A stretch of DNA of 64,000 nt from Williopsis jadinii (lineage: Eukaryota), in the NCBI GenBank assembly GCA_024346625.1, contig AP024664.1, positions 2,976,001 through 3,040,000 on the forward strand. Direction: 5' to 3'. Below, piece after piece: positions 42,904-54,438 of the stretch (position 1 is its first letter; each line of letters begins with the position of its first letter). The position numbers and the translations under genes were made by a program. The notes below the pieces were generated by a model. It had not been told where the DNA came from. It worked only from the letters and a program-made list of their open reading frames with translations, and ran no database searches.

Positions 42904-45318
42904 ATGAAGCAACCGTTTATCACACAGATAGCGCAATCTCCACTGGAAGGATGGCCAAGCTCAGTGCTTCACACTGATAAGTTCACGCTTGTCGGGACAT
43001 CAGATGGTCATATAGTACAGTACAGCGACACACTGCAATTACAAACATCCATCCCGGTTTCGAAAGCGCCTATAGAGCATATTAGTCAGATCTCGTCGAA
43101 CTACGTCGTGTTGGCTGGTGGAGAAGTGACTGTGTATGATGAGACTTTTGATGAGTTGGAAAAACTGCCCTTTAAAGACATTCTGGCCCTTGATGTTAAG
43201 CATGGTAAGCAGCCATCGTTGGCGATAGCTACAAAGTACACATTGATTGTTTACACTTACTGGGATCATCTGGAGATGACTGCACAGCACAAGTTTGCAG
43301 AGAAGCTGGTGGCTGTTAAGTTTGTTGCCGATGGTGTAATAGCAGCGTCAAATACAAGCTTTTACCGTGTTAATGAGAATGATGAAAGTACAACAAAACT
43401 GGATGTTCCATCTTCAGGGTTTTCAATCCTAACAAAGAATGTTTCTATCTTGGACTCCTCTCAGGGCATCATATTGTCGAGGGGGTCATCCAAGCTACTC
43501 TACTCGAAGAAATTGGGCCCTAAAAGAATGACATTTACTGGTGATGCTCAAGCAATTGTGGAACCTTTCATTATTGCAAAGACTGGTAATCACATTCACG
43601 CATATGATATTCAAAGGAACAAGCACTGGTTTACCCAAAAGGTAGATAAGCTCTTGCTTGTTGCTACATATGATAGAGAGATAGTTACAGTCTCAAAGAC
43701 TTCAATTTCTAAATTTGTGCTGAAACCAGACAAAGAGATCATCAATTCAATATCAGATATCCAAAGTGCCATTGACCTTATAAGTCAAATGAACTATCAA
43801 GAGAAGCATTTGAAGTTAAGGCAGTTACAAGTCCAACTGGCCACTGATCTTTTCAAAAGGGGAGATATATCCTCAGCAATGGACAAGTTCATCGAATTCT
43901 GCGCATGTCCTTTGGAAGTTATTGAACTTTACCCTCGCTATATTTCTCAAAGGGATATATCGATATCAAACGAGGACGAGCTCGATAAAAAATCAGTAGA
44001 ACTACTGACATATTTCCTATCTGACTGCAGAAGAAAGATCTCCAAGCTGATTAATGCACCAGAGAATAAACTTCCATATAAAAATGGTTCACTTACGTTG
44101 GACCTGTTCACAGATTCTAATCATTCCATCGACGAAATCCGAACAGCTGTCGATACCACACTATTCAAGTGTTATACACTGATAAACCCTGGTTTGATTG
44201 GATCCCTTATTCGCGTTGACAACCACTGTGATCCTCAACTTGTTGTCACTACATTAAAGAAGGCCCATGCCGTGGATGAGCTCATTGATTTTTACTTTAA
44301 ACGAGGCCTTCACGAAGAAGCTCTCCATATGCTTAGTGACACTTCAACTGACCAAGTGGTGAAATACTTACAAAGGCTCAAGAACGATAACTTGAACTTG
44401 ATAATGAAATATGCTTCACCTGCTATTGATAAAGAAGAAGGGTACGGTATTCAAATTTTTATCAACTCACCATATTCGGATGAATTTGACAGATATACCG
44501 TGATGAAATACTTGGAGAAGCACGACACTCTAGAAAGAATGTTTCTTGAGTATATCGTCTATGAGCTTCATGAAAAGGCTACGATTTTCCATACGAAATT
44601 GGCGCTGCTATATCTTGAGAAACTGCAGCCAGATCCAGATGATCTTGTGTACAAGAAGATGTATAAGTTTCTCCAAATCGGGAACTATGACAAGAGAAAT
44701 GTCTTGAGCAAGTTCCCATCGTCTGATTCTCCATCGTTGATTCTTTTAAAATCATTCATCTTGTCAAGAATGGGGTTGCATAAGCAAGTGCTCGACATCC
44801 AAGTCAATAGCCTTAAGAAACCAGCGTTGGCAATACAATACATTAGAGAACACAACACACAAGAACTGTTTTTGGAACTGCTGTCGTTGTTACAACGTAA
44901 CAATGACAAAGATTCGACCTTACGTCTGTTGTCGTCTACCACAACGTCAACGCCAATCTCTGCTGTGCTTGATCTAATGCCAAGTTTCAAAGTACATGAC
45001 TTGGAGAATTACCTTACAAAATCTATTCGTATACAGCAAAAGCAAAAGCGTATAGTGCAGCTAGAGAAGAATCTTTTAGATGTTGAAAGAGTATCCACTG
45101 CTTTGGATTTGATGCAAAAGGAAACTCAGAAAGTTAATGTCGATCAAAGCACAATGTGCGAGATATGTGGAAGAAGAATTGGAGGAAGTGTACTTCTTTG
45201 GGATGCTGGCGAACAACACGTTAGACATTTCGGTTGCAAGAAACCTACAAAGAATAACAAACTGAATATCTTATCAATGACTGACTACGATGATGAGAAG
45301 GATTTGGTAGTGTCTTGA
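42904..45318 (+). CDS. VAM6: Vam6/Vps39-like HOPS subunit
   Basis: N-terminal propeller, VDTTLFKCY..NP.LIG.LIRVDNHC, ELIDFYFKRGLHEEAL, FHTKLALLYL, C-terminal C..C...H..C; synteny with YDL077C. Confidence 0.85.
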   Translation: MKQPFITQIAQSPLEGWPSSVLHTDKFTLVGTSDGHIVQYSDTLQLQTSIPVSKAPIEHISQISSNYVVLAGGEVTVYDETFDELEKLPFKDILALDVKHGKQPSLAIATKYTLIVYTYWDHLEMTAQHKFAEKLVAVKFVADGVIAASNTSFYRVNENDESTTKLDVPSSGFSILTKNVSILDSSQGIILSRGSSKLLYSKKLGPKRMTFTGDAQAIVEPFIIAKTGNHIHAYDIQRNKHWFTQKVDKLLLVATYDREIVTVSKTSISKFVLKPDKEIINSISDIQSAIDLISQMNYQEKHLKLRQLQVQLATDLFKRGDISSAMDKFIEFCACPLEVIELYPRYISQRDISISNEDELDKKSVELLTYFLSDCRRKISKLINAPENKLPYKNGSLTLDLFTDSNHSIDEIRTAVDTTLFKCYTLINPGLIGSLIRVDNHCDPQLVVTTLKKAHAVDELIDFYFKRGLHEEALHMLSDTSTDQVVKYLQRLKNDNLNLIMKYASPAIDKEEGYGIQIFINSPYSDEFDRYTVMKYLEKHDTLERMFLEYIVYELHEKATIFHTKLALLYLEKLQPDPDDLVYKKMYKFLQIGNYDKRNVLSKFPSSDSPSLILLKSFILSRMGLHKQVLDIQVNSLKKPALAIQYIREHNTQELFLELLSLLQRNNDKDSTLRLLSSTTTSTPISAVLDLMPSFKVHDLENYLTKSIRIQQKQKRIVQLEKNLLDVERVSTALDLMQKETQKVNVDQSTMCEICGRRIGGSVLLWDAGEQHVRHFGCKKPTKNNKLNILSMTDYDDEKDLVVS

Positions 45319-45337
45319 AATTATAAATGGACATTTT

Positions 45338-48058
45338 TTATACAGTTGTTAAGAGGTTGATAACACCAGAACAATACTTGATAAGTTCATCGAATTTTTC
45401 AGTCTTTCCCTTATGGGCATCGTACCAGCCATCTAATGCCAATGAACATGCTTCATCTTCGACTGTATGTAGCACATCACTATGATTCTTCATCAACATT
45501 GACATCCACGCTTCAATAAGATCAACATTGATGTTAGACTTGTATCCTTGAGTCAAGGCCTCGATGAAGTAGGTCATTTCAGTCAAATTGACCGTGTTGA
45601 TGGACTTAATTTCCAAATCCGTAACTGCGGGTGGTGCCTGAGCGAAGAAGTTGAGGAAGGAGGTGTAGTCCTTTGTACCTGAGCACACTCTCAACAATTT
45701 TGTGAATTCACTTTCAAATCTTCCATTTAAAGGCTTCAATTCTTGTAGATGTGACTCAGAGGATCCATCATCGACATTATCACCAATATGGGCCGACTTG
45801 CCCTCTCTACCGGATGCATCGTCACCAACAGCAGATCCTGACAGTTGAAGGAAGAATGGTGCAGACTTTGGTTTCTTTGGTGCTTCCTTTGGCTTGTTAC
45901 GCAGCTTGATGGTGTCCAAGTTTAGCAAAGTAGTGAACTTTGATCTTGGACCAAGAGAAAGTGTTATGAGGTCATCGCTGATCTGATCCATGGACTCATA
46001 ATGGTTGCTATACTTCTCTCTGTCCCCACCATCATCGAATGCACCATCTAACAAAGTAGAAGCAGCAGTAGTTGCACAGAGTGTCACATCGACAAACTCT
46101 TCTTCTTCGATGTTTCTTGTCGACACCGGTCTAAACTGCGCACGATTGGTCCAAAGACTTATACCAACTTTAGATACATGTGTTGTTGCAAGGAAATCAC
46201 CCAATGGAGAGAATCTGACATTTGTTGTAACATGTGGTAATCTCATACCATCAATGCATGACCCTGTTGGAATGTCCCATGTACGGATAGTTGAGTCTAG
46301 AGATGAGGAAACAATCCAACGTCCGTCAGGTGAGAAGTCCAACGAAGTGATTCTGTTCGAGTGGCCCCAAAACACTCTCACAACCTTCTGTGTGACCGAA
46401 TCAACGACAACAATGGACAAGTCGTCCAATGCCATAGCAAAGAGGTCAGAAGTTCTATGATAAACCATCGTAGTTATTGGTGATCCCAAATCCAGTTTAC
46501 CAAGATACTTAGATTCTGAAAAGTTGTAGAATCCAACGATACCGTCCAGGCCACATGAAACCATCTTTCTATTCATGCCATCGAGGGCCAATCCTGTCAC
46601 GGTCTTCTTATGCAACTGGTATTTCTTTCTCAGTATACCACTCTGGAGGTTATACACACCAATTCCACCATTTGCAGATCCAACAAGTGCAAAGTTACCA
46701 CATGGTGATATCGCAACAGCCTTCACTGTACCCTCATCAATGGTGCTCAACTTGTGTCTTCCTACTCTGTTATTCTGAGAACTCCATGTACGAGCAACAA
46801 CATCACCTTGATGAGCAGATACTACATTTTCCCATTCTCCAACCCTGTTGTTTTCAATTGCCAACGATATGGTCTCTGGGAACTTCTCTTTAGAACCACC
46901 CTCTCTTTTACCATCAGTTCTCTTCTGGGCTCTTTGAGACATTTCTTGGGACTGTGCGTCTTTTCTCAGGGAAAACTTCCACACGGTACGGTCTGCTGAG
47001 CCAGAGATGATATAGTGGCCAGCTTCATCTGCGAATTGGAAAGTAGTAACAGGCGCAGCGTGCCCACCTCTTGATCTCAAGTGTCTTGGAGGAGAAACAA
47101 CAGCATCGTTGGAAGAAAGGGATGGATCAAAGACAAACTCTTTCAATTGATTGTCACCACCGTTGGTGACAATTATGGGTTGACCATTGAGGAATTGAGC
47201 TTTAGAAACACCACCATGACTCTCTTTATGAGCATTCACAACGTGAATACGTGTCTTTCTATTCAGGTCATAAAAGCCCAAAGTACCGTTAGCATGGCCT
47301 GCAACAAGATGTGCTGGACCATCTGTTCTGAAAGATACGCTGGTCACACTGTGAGCAGTGTTGATTGTACGTAAGATCTTGCCCTTCTTCAGGTTGTACA
47401 AGATGATCTCACCAGTTGTCGTACCAATAGCCACAATGTCCAGAGCTGGTGCACATTCCACGGTTGTCAGTGTATATGGTAATTCAGCCATGTAGATCAA
47501 CTTACCGGAATGGACGTTGATGATCTGAAGGCCTGTTGTTGTCGAGACAACAATCTTGTTCAGATAAGTAGGAGGATGGACTAACCCGGTGATCTCAGAA
47601 GAGATTGGGATCGTGGTGTATAGCTCAGTGGCATATTTTGATCCTTGATTCTTTTTAAAGACGTAAATCGTCTCGTCTGAGGCACCAACGAGGTATTCAC
47701 CAAACACCAGGAGTCTCTTTATTGGCTCTGCAACTTCAATGGAATGCTCCAGTTGACCTCTTCTGAAGATACCAATGGTGTTGCCATATGCAGCGTATAG
47801 GTAATGGAAATGAGCAGTCAACGCAGTAATGGCAGTTGGTAGCTCACCCTTTGTGACAAACAACAGGTGTAGAGTGTTTGCATCGTAGATCTGGAAAGCA
47901 CGGCCGACGGAAGTTGCAATGTAGAAAGTCGAACCAAGAGTTCCCACTGTAAATGGTAAATCAGTTGTTGTTTGACCAATGGTTCTGAAGGGAGAAAAGA
48001 TACGAGGTTTCACCACGCTCTTTGACGACTCCAGTTTCCTTCTCTTATCACTTTGCAT
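45338..48058 (-). CDS. UTP21: SSU processome WD40 protein
   Basis: IFSPFRTIG, WD repeats, IKLRNKPKEAPKKPKSAPFFL. Confidence 0.95.
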   Translation of the reverse strand: MQSDKRRKLESSKSVVKPRIFSPFRTIGQTTTDLPFTVGTLGSTFYIATSVGRAFQIYDANTLHLLFVTKGELPTAITALTAHFHYLYAAYGNTIGIFRRGQLEHSIEVAEPIKRLLVFGEYLVGASDETIYVFKKNQGSKYATELYTTIPISSEITGLVHPPTYLNKIVVSTTTGLQIINVHSGKLIYMAELPYTLTTVECAPALDIVAIGTTTGEIILYNLKKGKILRTINTAHSVTSVSFRTDGPAHLVAGHANGTLGFYDLNRKTRIHVVNAHKESHGGVSKAQFLNGQPIIVTNGGDNQLKEFVFDPSLSSNDAVVSPPRHLRSRGGHAAPVTTFQFADEAGHYIISGSADRTVWKFSLRKDAQSQEMSQRAQKRTDGKREGGSKEKFPETISLAIENNRVGEWENVVSAHQGDVVARTWSSQNNRVGRHKLSTIDEGTVKAVAISPCGNFALVGSANGGIGVYNLQSGILRKKYQLHKKTVTGLALDGMNRKMVSCGLDGIVGFYNFSESKYLGKLDLGSPITTMVYHRTSDLFAMALDDLSIVVVDSVTQKVVRVFWGHSNRITSLDFSPDGRWIVSSSLDSTIRTWDIPTGSCIDGMRLPHVTTNVRFSPLGDFLATTHVSKVGISLWTNRAQFRPVSTRNIEEEEFVDVTLCATTAASTLLDGAFDDGGDREKYSNHYESMDQISDDLITLSLGPRSKFTTLLNLDTIKLRNKPKEAPKKPKSAPFFLQLSGSAVGDDASGREGKSAHIGDNVDDGSSESHLQELKPLNGRFESEFTKLLRVCSGTKDYTSFLNFFAQAPPAVTDLEIKSINTVNLTEMTYFIEALTQGYKSNINVDLIEAWMSMLMKNHSDVLHTVEDEACSLALDGWYDAHKGKTEKFDELIKYCSGVINLLTTV

Positions 48059-48202
48059 GTTCAATCGCTGACAAAGCTAAGTAGTTAAAAACACCACGGA
48101 ATGTATACAAATGAGAATACGAACATGAAATCGAACAAGAGCCAAAAGCACCAAAAAGGTGCGATGATCTTGGAAAAATTATCATCGGTATGGCCACGAC
48201 GC

Positions 48203-48246
48203 CATCCGTACACCCAGTCATCCGTACACCTAGTCACCCGCACACC
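48203..48246 (+). repeat. Three Rap1-like / telomere-like sites at 16-bp period
   Basis: CATCCGTACACC-cagt-CATCCGTACACC-tagt-CACCCGCACACC. Confidence 0.8.
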
Positions 48247-48436
48247 ACCAATTTCGCACGTGCAACATCGAATGGCTGCTTTTAATACCGATGATCTGTT
48301 TTTATGGGGCAGGAACTCTTCTCTTTCCTCTTCCTTCACCTTGGAGTATTTATCCATTCCAGTCCGTTGAAAGAGGATATTGGAACGCAGAGCCGAGGAG
48401 ACACACCAGTTCTCGTAGATCGCCCTCTCAGTAACC

Positions 48437-51340
48437 ATGGCTGATCCGATTGATATAAAGAAAGTGCCCGTTTCCCCGTTGGTATTGTCCAATGACTCCG
48501 ACAAGGCTATGGCGTCGATTGCTCCGATTCTCGAAGGGTTCTCTCCAAAGACCTCGTCGAGTGAGAACAATTCACAGATGCACTTGCCTCCAGCTGCTAT
48601 CTCAGATAAGAGCGGTACCGTTTCGCCGGTGCGTAAGTCCTCCAACTCGGTGACCAAGCTGCAACTGCCAAAGATTGGTAAGATTGGAGTCTGTGCTATG
48701 GATGCGAAGGTGCTCTCCAAGCCGTGCCGCCAGATCCTCAATAGGCTGATCGAGAACGGTGAGTTCGAGACGGTTATCTTTGGTGATAAGGTGATACTGG
48801 ATGAGTCTGTTGAGAATTGGCCAACCTGTGACTTTTTGATCAGCTTCTTCTCAAAGGGGTTCCCCCTTGATAAGGCGATCAACTATGTTAAGCTGCGCAA
48901 GCCCTACATCATCAACGATTTGGTGATGCAAAAGGCCCTCTGGGATAGACGATTGTGTCTTGCACTGCTCAACAGTGCCGGCGTTCCAACTCCTGAGAGA
49001 CTGGTGATCTCCAGAGACGGCGGTCCGAGAGTTGATGATGAGTTGAAAGAGGCCTTGAAACAGAAGGGCGTTGACGTTCAGTATACTCCCGAGCCTGAAT
49101 GGAAGATGATTGATGAAGACACCATCGAAGTCGATGGCAAGAGGCTTTCCAAACCGTTTGTTGAGAAGCCGGTGGATGGAGAAGATCACAATGTTTACAT
49201 CTACTACGCAAAGAAGTCTGGTGGTGGTGGCCGCCGTCTGTTCAGAAAGGTTGGTAACAAGTCGTCGGAGTTTGATCCAAAACTGTCAACACCAAGAACT
49301 CAAGGCTCCTACATCTATGAGAAGTTCATGGATACAAACAACTTTGAGGACGTCAAGGCGTACACCGTGGGTCCTGAATTCTGCCATGCTGAGACCAGAA
49401 AGTCGCCTGTTGTTGATGGTATCGTTAGAAGAAACACCCATGGTAAGGAAATCAGATACATCACTGAGCTCAGTGAGGAGGAGAAAACCATGGCAAAGCA
49501 CGTTTCCAATGCTTTTGCGCAGACGATCTGTGGGTTTGATCTGTTGAGGGTTGGTGGTAAGAGTTACGTTATCGACGTCAATGGATTCTCATTCGTCAAG
49601 GATAACACTGAGTATTACGATAGTTGTGCTAAGATACTGAGAGATATGTTCTTCCAGGCAAAGAAGATTAGAGATGTTCACAAGCTGGTCACACATGAAG
49701 CACCAGCAGAGGAGAAACAACAGAAATGGATCCTCAAGGGTATAGTCACTGTGGTTCGTCATGCTGACAGAACCCCAAAGCAAAAGTTCAAGTATTCGTT
49801 CAGATCACCAATATTCATCTCCTTGCTGAAGGGATACAAAGAAGAGGTCATTATTAGAGAAGTTTCTGACCTGGAAATCGTCCTCAAAGCCATCCGAATC
49901 GCTCAAGAGCAGAAGTTGGAGGACCCAGCCAAGTTGGAGCTTTTGGCAAATACGTTGTCAAAGAAACTGAACTTCCCTGGTACCAAGATTCAATTGAAAC
50001 CTGTCCTGGATGGCGAAAATGAGGTGGAAAAGGTTCAGTTCATCTTGAAATGGGGTGGTGAGGCAACTCACTCGGCACGCTATCAGGCCTCCGATCTTGG
50101 TGAGCAGATGAGACAAGACATGGAGTTGCTGAACAAGGATATCTTGAACGACATTCAAATCTTCTCATCCTCTGAGAGAAGAGTCTTGACATCTGCCAAC
50201 TTCTGGGCTCAGTCGTTGCTGGATGGACCAGTTCCTGAAGGGCTGATTCAAATAAGAAAGGATTTATTAGACGACAGTAACGCAGCAAAGGATTTGATGG
50301 ATAAAGTGAAAAAGAGACTCAAACCATTGCTTAGGGAGGGAAAAGAAGCACCACCACAGTTTACTTGGCCACCAAAGATGCCCGAGCCTTACTATGTGAT
50401 TAAAAGGGTCGTTGAGTTGATGAACTATCACCAAAAGATCATGGAGTATCACGTTGAACACGATACATTCGATGATATGAAATTAGAGTGGTGTTCTGGT
50501 GAAGATCCATCTCTATTTGTTGAAAGATGGAATAAACTGTTCAAAGAGTTCACCAACTTGGAGAAGGTTGACCCATCGAAGATTTCAGAATTGTACGATA
50601 CAATGAAATTTGATGCTCTTCATAACAGGGAGTTCTTGGAGAGGATCTTCTCGCCTGTGAGCTCCATCGAGAAGCCAAGTAAGTCAACGTTGCTCATTGA
50701 TGAGTATCCAGAACACTTGAAGCTGTTCCAGGCTAGTGAGATTCAAGCACACAATCACTTCCTCTTTGATGATCAAATCTTTAAATATTTGAGAGAGCTG
50801 TACAAGCTCTCTCAAGTACTGTTCGACTTCATCTGTCCACAGGAGTATGGTATCACGCAAGCTGAGAAGCTCGAGATTGGACTGTTAACTTCTGTTCCAC
50901 TGGCTAGAAAGATTCTCGGTGATCTACACGATATTATCAAAAACGACAAGCCTGGTATGATTGCCTACTTCACCAAGGAGAGTCATATGTACACTCTGTT
51001 GAATATCATCTACGGTGGTGGTATCCAACTTCGCATCAACAGAAATGACTTGCCTGAATTGGACTATCTGTCTCAGATTATCTTCGAACTGTACGAGGAC
51101 GACGCTGGTAAGAATCATTCCATCAGATTCAAACTGTCTCCAGGGTGTCATACGCAAGATCCTTTGGATGTTGAGTTGGATGACAAGCACTATATTTCAT
51201 GTATTCCAAAGATCAGTTTGACAAAGCATTTGGACTTCGATCTGGTTACTCAAAAGATGAAGAGCAAGTTCAAGATCGTTTCGTTGCCAAAGAAGTTCAC
51301 AGCAGTGAATATCTCTAGCCCATTACAAGCTCCGAAATGA
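48437..51340 (+). CDS. VIP1: Inositol pyrophosphate kinase/phosphatase (PPIP5K)
   Basis: IGVCAMDAKVLSKP ATP-grasp kinase domain; RHADRTPKQK phosphatase motif; CACGTG at 48257-48262 upstream. Confidence 0.97.
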   Translation: MADPIDIKKVPVSPLVLSNDSDKAMASIAPILEGFSPKTSSSENNSQMHLPPAAISDKSGTVSPVRKSSNSVTKLQLPKIGKIGVCAMDAKVLSKPCRQILNRLIENGEFETVIFGDKVILDESVENWPTCDFLISFFSKGFPLDKAINYVKLRKPYIINDLVMQKALWDRRLCLALLNSAGVPTPERLVISRDGGPRVDDELKEALKQKGVDVQYTPEPEWKMIDEDTIEVDGKRLSKPFVEKPVDGEDHNVYIYYAKKSGGGGRRLFRKVGNKSSEFDPKLSTPRTQGSYIYEKFMDTNNFEDVKAYTVGPEFCHAETRKSPVVDGIVRRNTHGKEIRYITELSEEEKTMAKHVSNAFAQTICGFDLLRVGGKSYVIDVNGFSFVKDNTEYYDSCAKILRDMFFQAKKIRDVHKLVTHEAPAEEKQQKWILKGIVTVVRHADRTPKQKFKYSFRSPIFISLLKGYKEEVIIREVSDLEIVLKAIRIAQEQKLEDPAKLELLANTLSKKLNFPGTKIQLKPVLDGENEVEKVQFILKWGGEATHSARYQASDLGEQMRQDMELLNKDILNDIQIFSSSERRVLTSANFWAQSLLDGPVPEGLIQIRKDLLDDSNAAKDLMDKVKKRLKPLLREGKEAPPQFTWPPKMPEPYYVIKRVVELMNYHQKIMEYHVEHDTFDDMKLEWCSGEDPSLFVERWNKLFKEFTNLEKVDPSKISELYDTMKFDALHNREFLERIFSPVSSIEKPSKSTLLIDEYPEHLKLFQASEIQAHNHFLFDDQIFKYLRELYKLSQVLFDFICPQEYGITQAEKLEIGLLTSVPLARKILGDLHDIIKNDKPGMIAYFTKESHMYTLLNIIYGGGIQLRINRNDLPELDYLSQIIFELYEDDAGKNHSIRFKLSPGCHTQDPLDVELDDKHYISCIPKISLTKHLDFDLVTQKMKSKFKIVSLPKKFTAVNISSPLQAPK

Positions 51341-51494
51341 GTTGATGCACTAGTCTTACTTCCAATCACCTGAATGCTACACCATGTTATATAAATGCAT
51401 AAGAAGAAAACAACCTTTATATATGTGTGATGATGCCTTTTAGTACTTTTTATAAAAGAGTTTCGATATAAAGACGAAGAATCAGAGTGTGACT

Positions 51495-52772
51495 CTAGAG
51501 AGTACTCAGAGAGTCAAACAGGACTGAGATACTCTCACCATAATGATCACGACGGATACACTCGGCAAGGATTGGAGCAATGTCAATGGTGACGAGCTTT
51601 GGACATGTCTTCTTCTCTTCAGTCAAAGGATAAGTGTTTGTGACGACAACTTGATCAATGTATTGAGAGTTGTTCAACTCTTGCAAACAATCATCAATGA
51701 ACAATCCATGTGTAGCAACAACATACACCTTCTTAGCACCACAGTTGAGACGACAGTGTTCAGCTGCTGCAATGAATGAGCCTGGTCTGTCAATCATATC
51801 ATCGAGGATGATCACAGAACGTTCTTTAACGTTACCAACAAGGGTGATGAGCTTCTCCTGTGAAAGGGCAGCTGGCTCATCATCAGCATCGGAGTCGTCA
51901 GCGTCGTAAGTGCCACCAAGAGCATACGAAGTCTGGTCGTGTGGAATCTCACCGTCCTCGGACTCATCATCTTCCTCCACTACAGCCTCTGCAATGTAGT
52001 CGTCATCGACAACATGGCCCTTGACAATACGGGCCGTCTGTAGCCCGTTTGACAAGATGATGTTCTCCACTTCATCTTCATCAAGAGTGTCGCTTCTCTT
52101 GTTACTTGAACGTCTTCTGACGGCACTCTGTCTTCTCTGCTTGGCCTCCTTCTTCTTTTGAGCCAATACATCCGCAGTACGACGACGGTCAGTGTGAATC
52201 ATGGCAAAGTTGATCTTCAAGGAATCAGCCAAAGCAGTAACTCTCTTCGTACCACCTGGGTTCTTGGACACGACAACGGCATTCTTGTAATCATCCACGT
52301 TCTCTCTGATCCATTTGGCAAGACTTGGTGCACCGTACAAGTTGTCAACTGGCTTGGAGAAGAAGCCTTGCATCTGGGAAGCGTGCAAGTCCATGGAAAT
52401 GATATGATCAGCACCAGCCATGATGAGCAAGTTAGCCAACATTCTCGCAGTGATAGCACCTCTGTGCTTCTTCATCTTTGACTGCTTAGAGTACGGGAAC
52501 TGTGGAATCACAGCCGTGATCTTCTTCGCAGATCCACCTCTACAGGCAGAGACGAGAATCAGCAACTCCATAATATGGTCGTTGATGTCACCGGAACCAC
52601 TCTGTATGACATACACATCCTCATCACGGACGGAGACACCAATTTGAACCGAAGTTTCACCGTTCGAGAACTTCTTCAGAGTGCAAGGCGCAGGCTCAAC
52701 ACCCAACTTGGCACAGATGAGTTGTCCGAGCTCTGGGTGAGAGTTACCAACAAACACTTTACACTTGCGCAT
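51495..52772 (-). CDS. PRS1: PRPP synthetase subunit 1
   Basis: MRKCKVFVGNSHPELG, Prs1-type non-homologous insertion, IILDDMID; linked to FAS1 as YKL181W/YKL182W. Confidence 0.93.
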   Translation of the reverse strand: MRKCKVFVGNSHPELGQLICAKLGVEPAPCTLKKFSNGETSVQIGVSVRDEDVYVIQSGSGDINDHIMELLILVSACRGGSAKKITAVIPQFPYSKQSKMKKHRGAITARMLANLLIMAGADHIISMDLHASQMQGFFSKPVDNLYGAPSLAKWIRENVDDYKNAVVVSKNPGGTKRVTALADSLKINFAMIHTDRRRTADVLAQKKKEAKQRRQSAVRRRSSNKRSDTLDEDEVENIILSNGLQTARIVKGHVVDDDYIAEAVVEEDDESEDGEIPHDQTSYALGGTYDADDSDADDEPAALSQEKLITLVGNVKERSVIILDDMIDRPGSFIAAAEHCRLNCGAKKVYVVATHGLFIDDCLQELNNSQYIDQVVVTNTYPLTEEKKTCPKLVTIDIAPILAECIRRDHYGESISVLFDSLSTL

Positions 52773-53421
52773 CTTGGAGTTCTCCGTGAACGGGTTGGCC
52801 TTGTTGTTGAAGCACGACACGATTAAAGAACTTTAAGGGGGGCACAATAGAACGACGATAGAAGACAAAGGAAGCCTAACCAGAGATTATAGCTCTCCTC
52901 TTTTCCGGTGTTGTGAATGACTTCAGTGAAACAAATCTGGGGATGCAACCAATCCGATGAGATGGACTCGTACCTTGTTCCCTTTCAGCGCTTCCAGCTT
53001 CTTCTTCTTTGCTCGATATCCGACTTATAAACCCAACCAGACAGTTCAGGTAGATAAGACAAGGCTTTGGTAATCAATAATGACACACAAAGGAGAAGGA
53101 ATTGTATCAAACTTCAGCTAAAATTGTGTATCATCTGAAAAAACAGCCAATACAAACTCTTCCAATCCCATCTGAAATTTTTTTTGTGATGGCCCCCAAC
53201 TTTCTCCCGTCGGACTCTCGGAGATATCAGGATAACTTGGGTTGCCCAAACGGGAAAGCAAGGGCGATACGGGGTTACCCGGACGCAGTGTGCCAGTCAC
53301 GTGCAAGCTGCGTCCCGTACCGACAATATCGACCCTCTACTTCAACACCGAAGAGCGATGAGCATTGAGCGATGAGATGGAGGGAGAATATGGGTGTCAT
53401 AGCGGTGGGATTGGAGTAGAG

Positions 53422-54186
53422 ATGGAGCAGTTCGTACAGACTAAGAACAGACGGAAACTGCCTGGGATCCAGGATCCGACGTGCGCGTCTGAAGGGTCGA
53501 TACGGGCTTTTGAGACGAATCTGGAGGCTGCTTTTAATACCGTGGTGGAAAGTGCTCTCTTCGGACAGATTGAAAGGTCATTGGAGACTGTGCACGTTGA
53601 GAGAATACGATGCGTTGCGCTGGGATCACCGTGTCAAGAAGAGCCTGCACTCTACCAGCTGGCTCTTCTCATGGCCATTGCTAAGGCTAAAGGTGTGGAG
53701 GAGATCTCTCTCTACGACCCGGTCTTCACTTGCCTCGATAAGGCCTATTTCGAGAAGGTTGGCTACATCGTGGAAGAACAGTACACGCCTGTTGATTTGC
53801 ACCTCACTCTTTACTTCCTGCCACATGCACCACTGACTCTCACCAGCTGTGTGCTCAACGAACACCCAAGGTATCTCTTGTCTAACAACGTGCTGAGCCA
53901 CACAGAGAGAATGAGCAAATCCGACCTATATGAGAAATACCCGTTGTTGGCAAGGGTGGTCTATCAACTCGAGCAAAGTACGAAGCCACCTGTCGATGAC
54001 TTCCAGCCCGTGGTGTCCAAGAGGAAAAACAGAAGACCAAACAAGAACAGATACGTGGAGAAAGAACTCGACTATTCAATCATAGATGCGTATTTCTCCA
54101 AGCCATCACTCACAAGCTACAAGGAGTTCGAAGAAGGCCCGTGGCTGAATTCGTTCACTGATCTATCATTGCACGTCCTCGAATAA
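53422..54186 (+). CDS. BER1: SRR1-domain protein
   Basis: IRCVALGS, ALYQLALL, SLYDPVF, LYFLPHAP, NSFTDLSLH; likely ATG 53422; tandem GCGATGAG upstream. Confidence 0.85.
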   Translation: MEQFVQTKNRRKLPGIQDPTCASEGSIRAFETNLEAAFNTVVESALFGQIERSLETVHVERIRCVALGSPCQEEPALYQLALLMAIAKAKGVEEISLYDPVFTCLDKAYFEKVGYIVEEQYTPVDLHLTLYFLPHAPLTLTSCVLNEHPRYLLSNNVLSHTERMSKSDLYEKYPLLARVVYQLEQSTKPPVDDFQPVVSKRKNRRPNKNRYVEKELDYSIIDAYFSKPSLTSYKEFEEGPWLNSFTDLSLHVLE

Positions 54187-54438
54187 AGCAGTACTACATA
54201 GAATAAGACATGTTCTATAACCAAAACAAAAAAGCAAACTTCATAATGTATAATTAATTAGGAACGAAAACGCATCAAGTTCACACCCAAATGTCCAATG
54301 CAAAAGAAACAAGTAGCGATAAGTTATAAACCAGGAGAAAGTAACGAGTCGTACCACATGGCTCGACTTATTAACACCACACTAACAAATCAAACTCAGA
54401 AGCACGTCGCTGAGATATTAAAACAATAAACGATTGTC

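Noticed and set aside
48085..48882. 265-aa minus-strand ORF overlapping the VIP1 5' end
   Set aside because: Antisense to conserved VIP1 coding sequence and runs through promoter motifs
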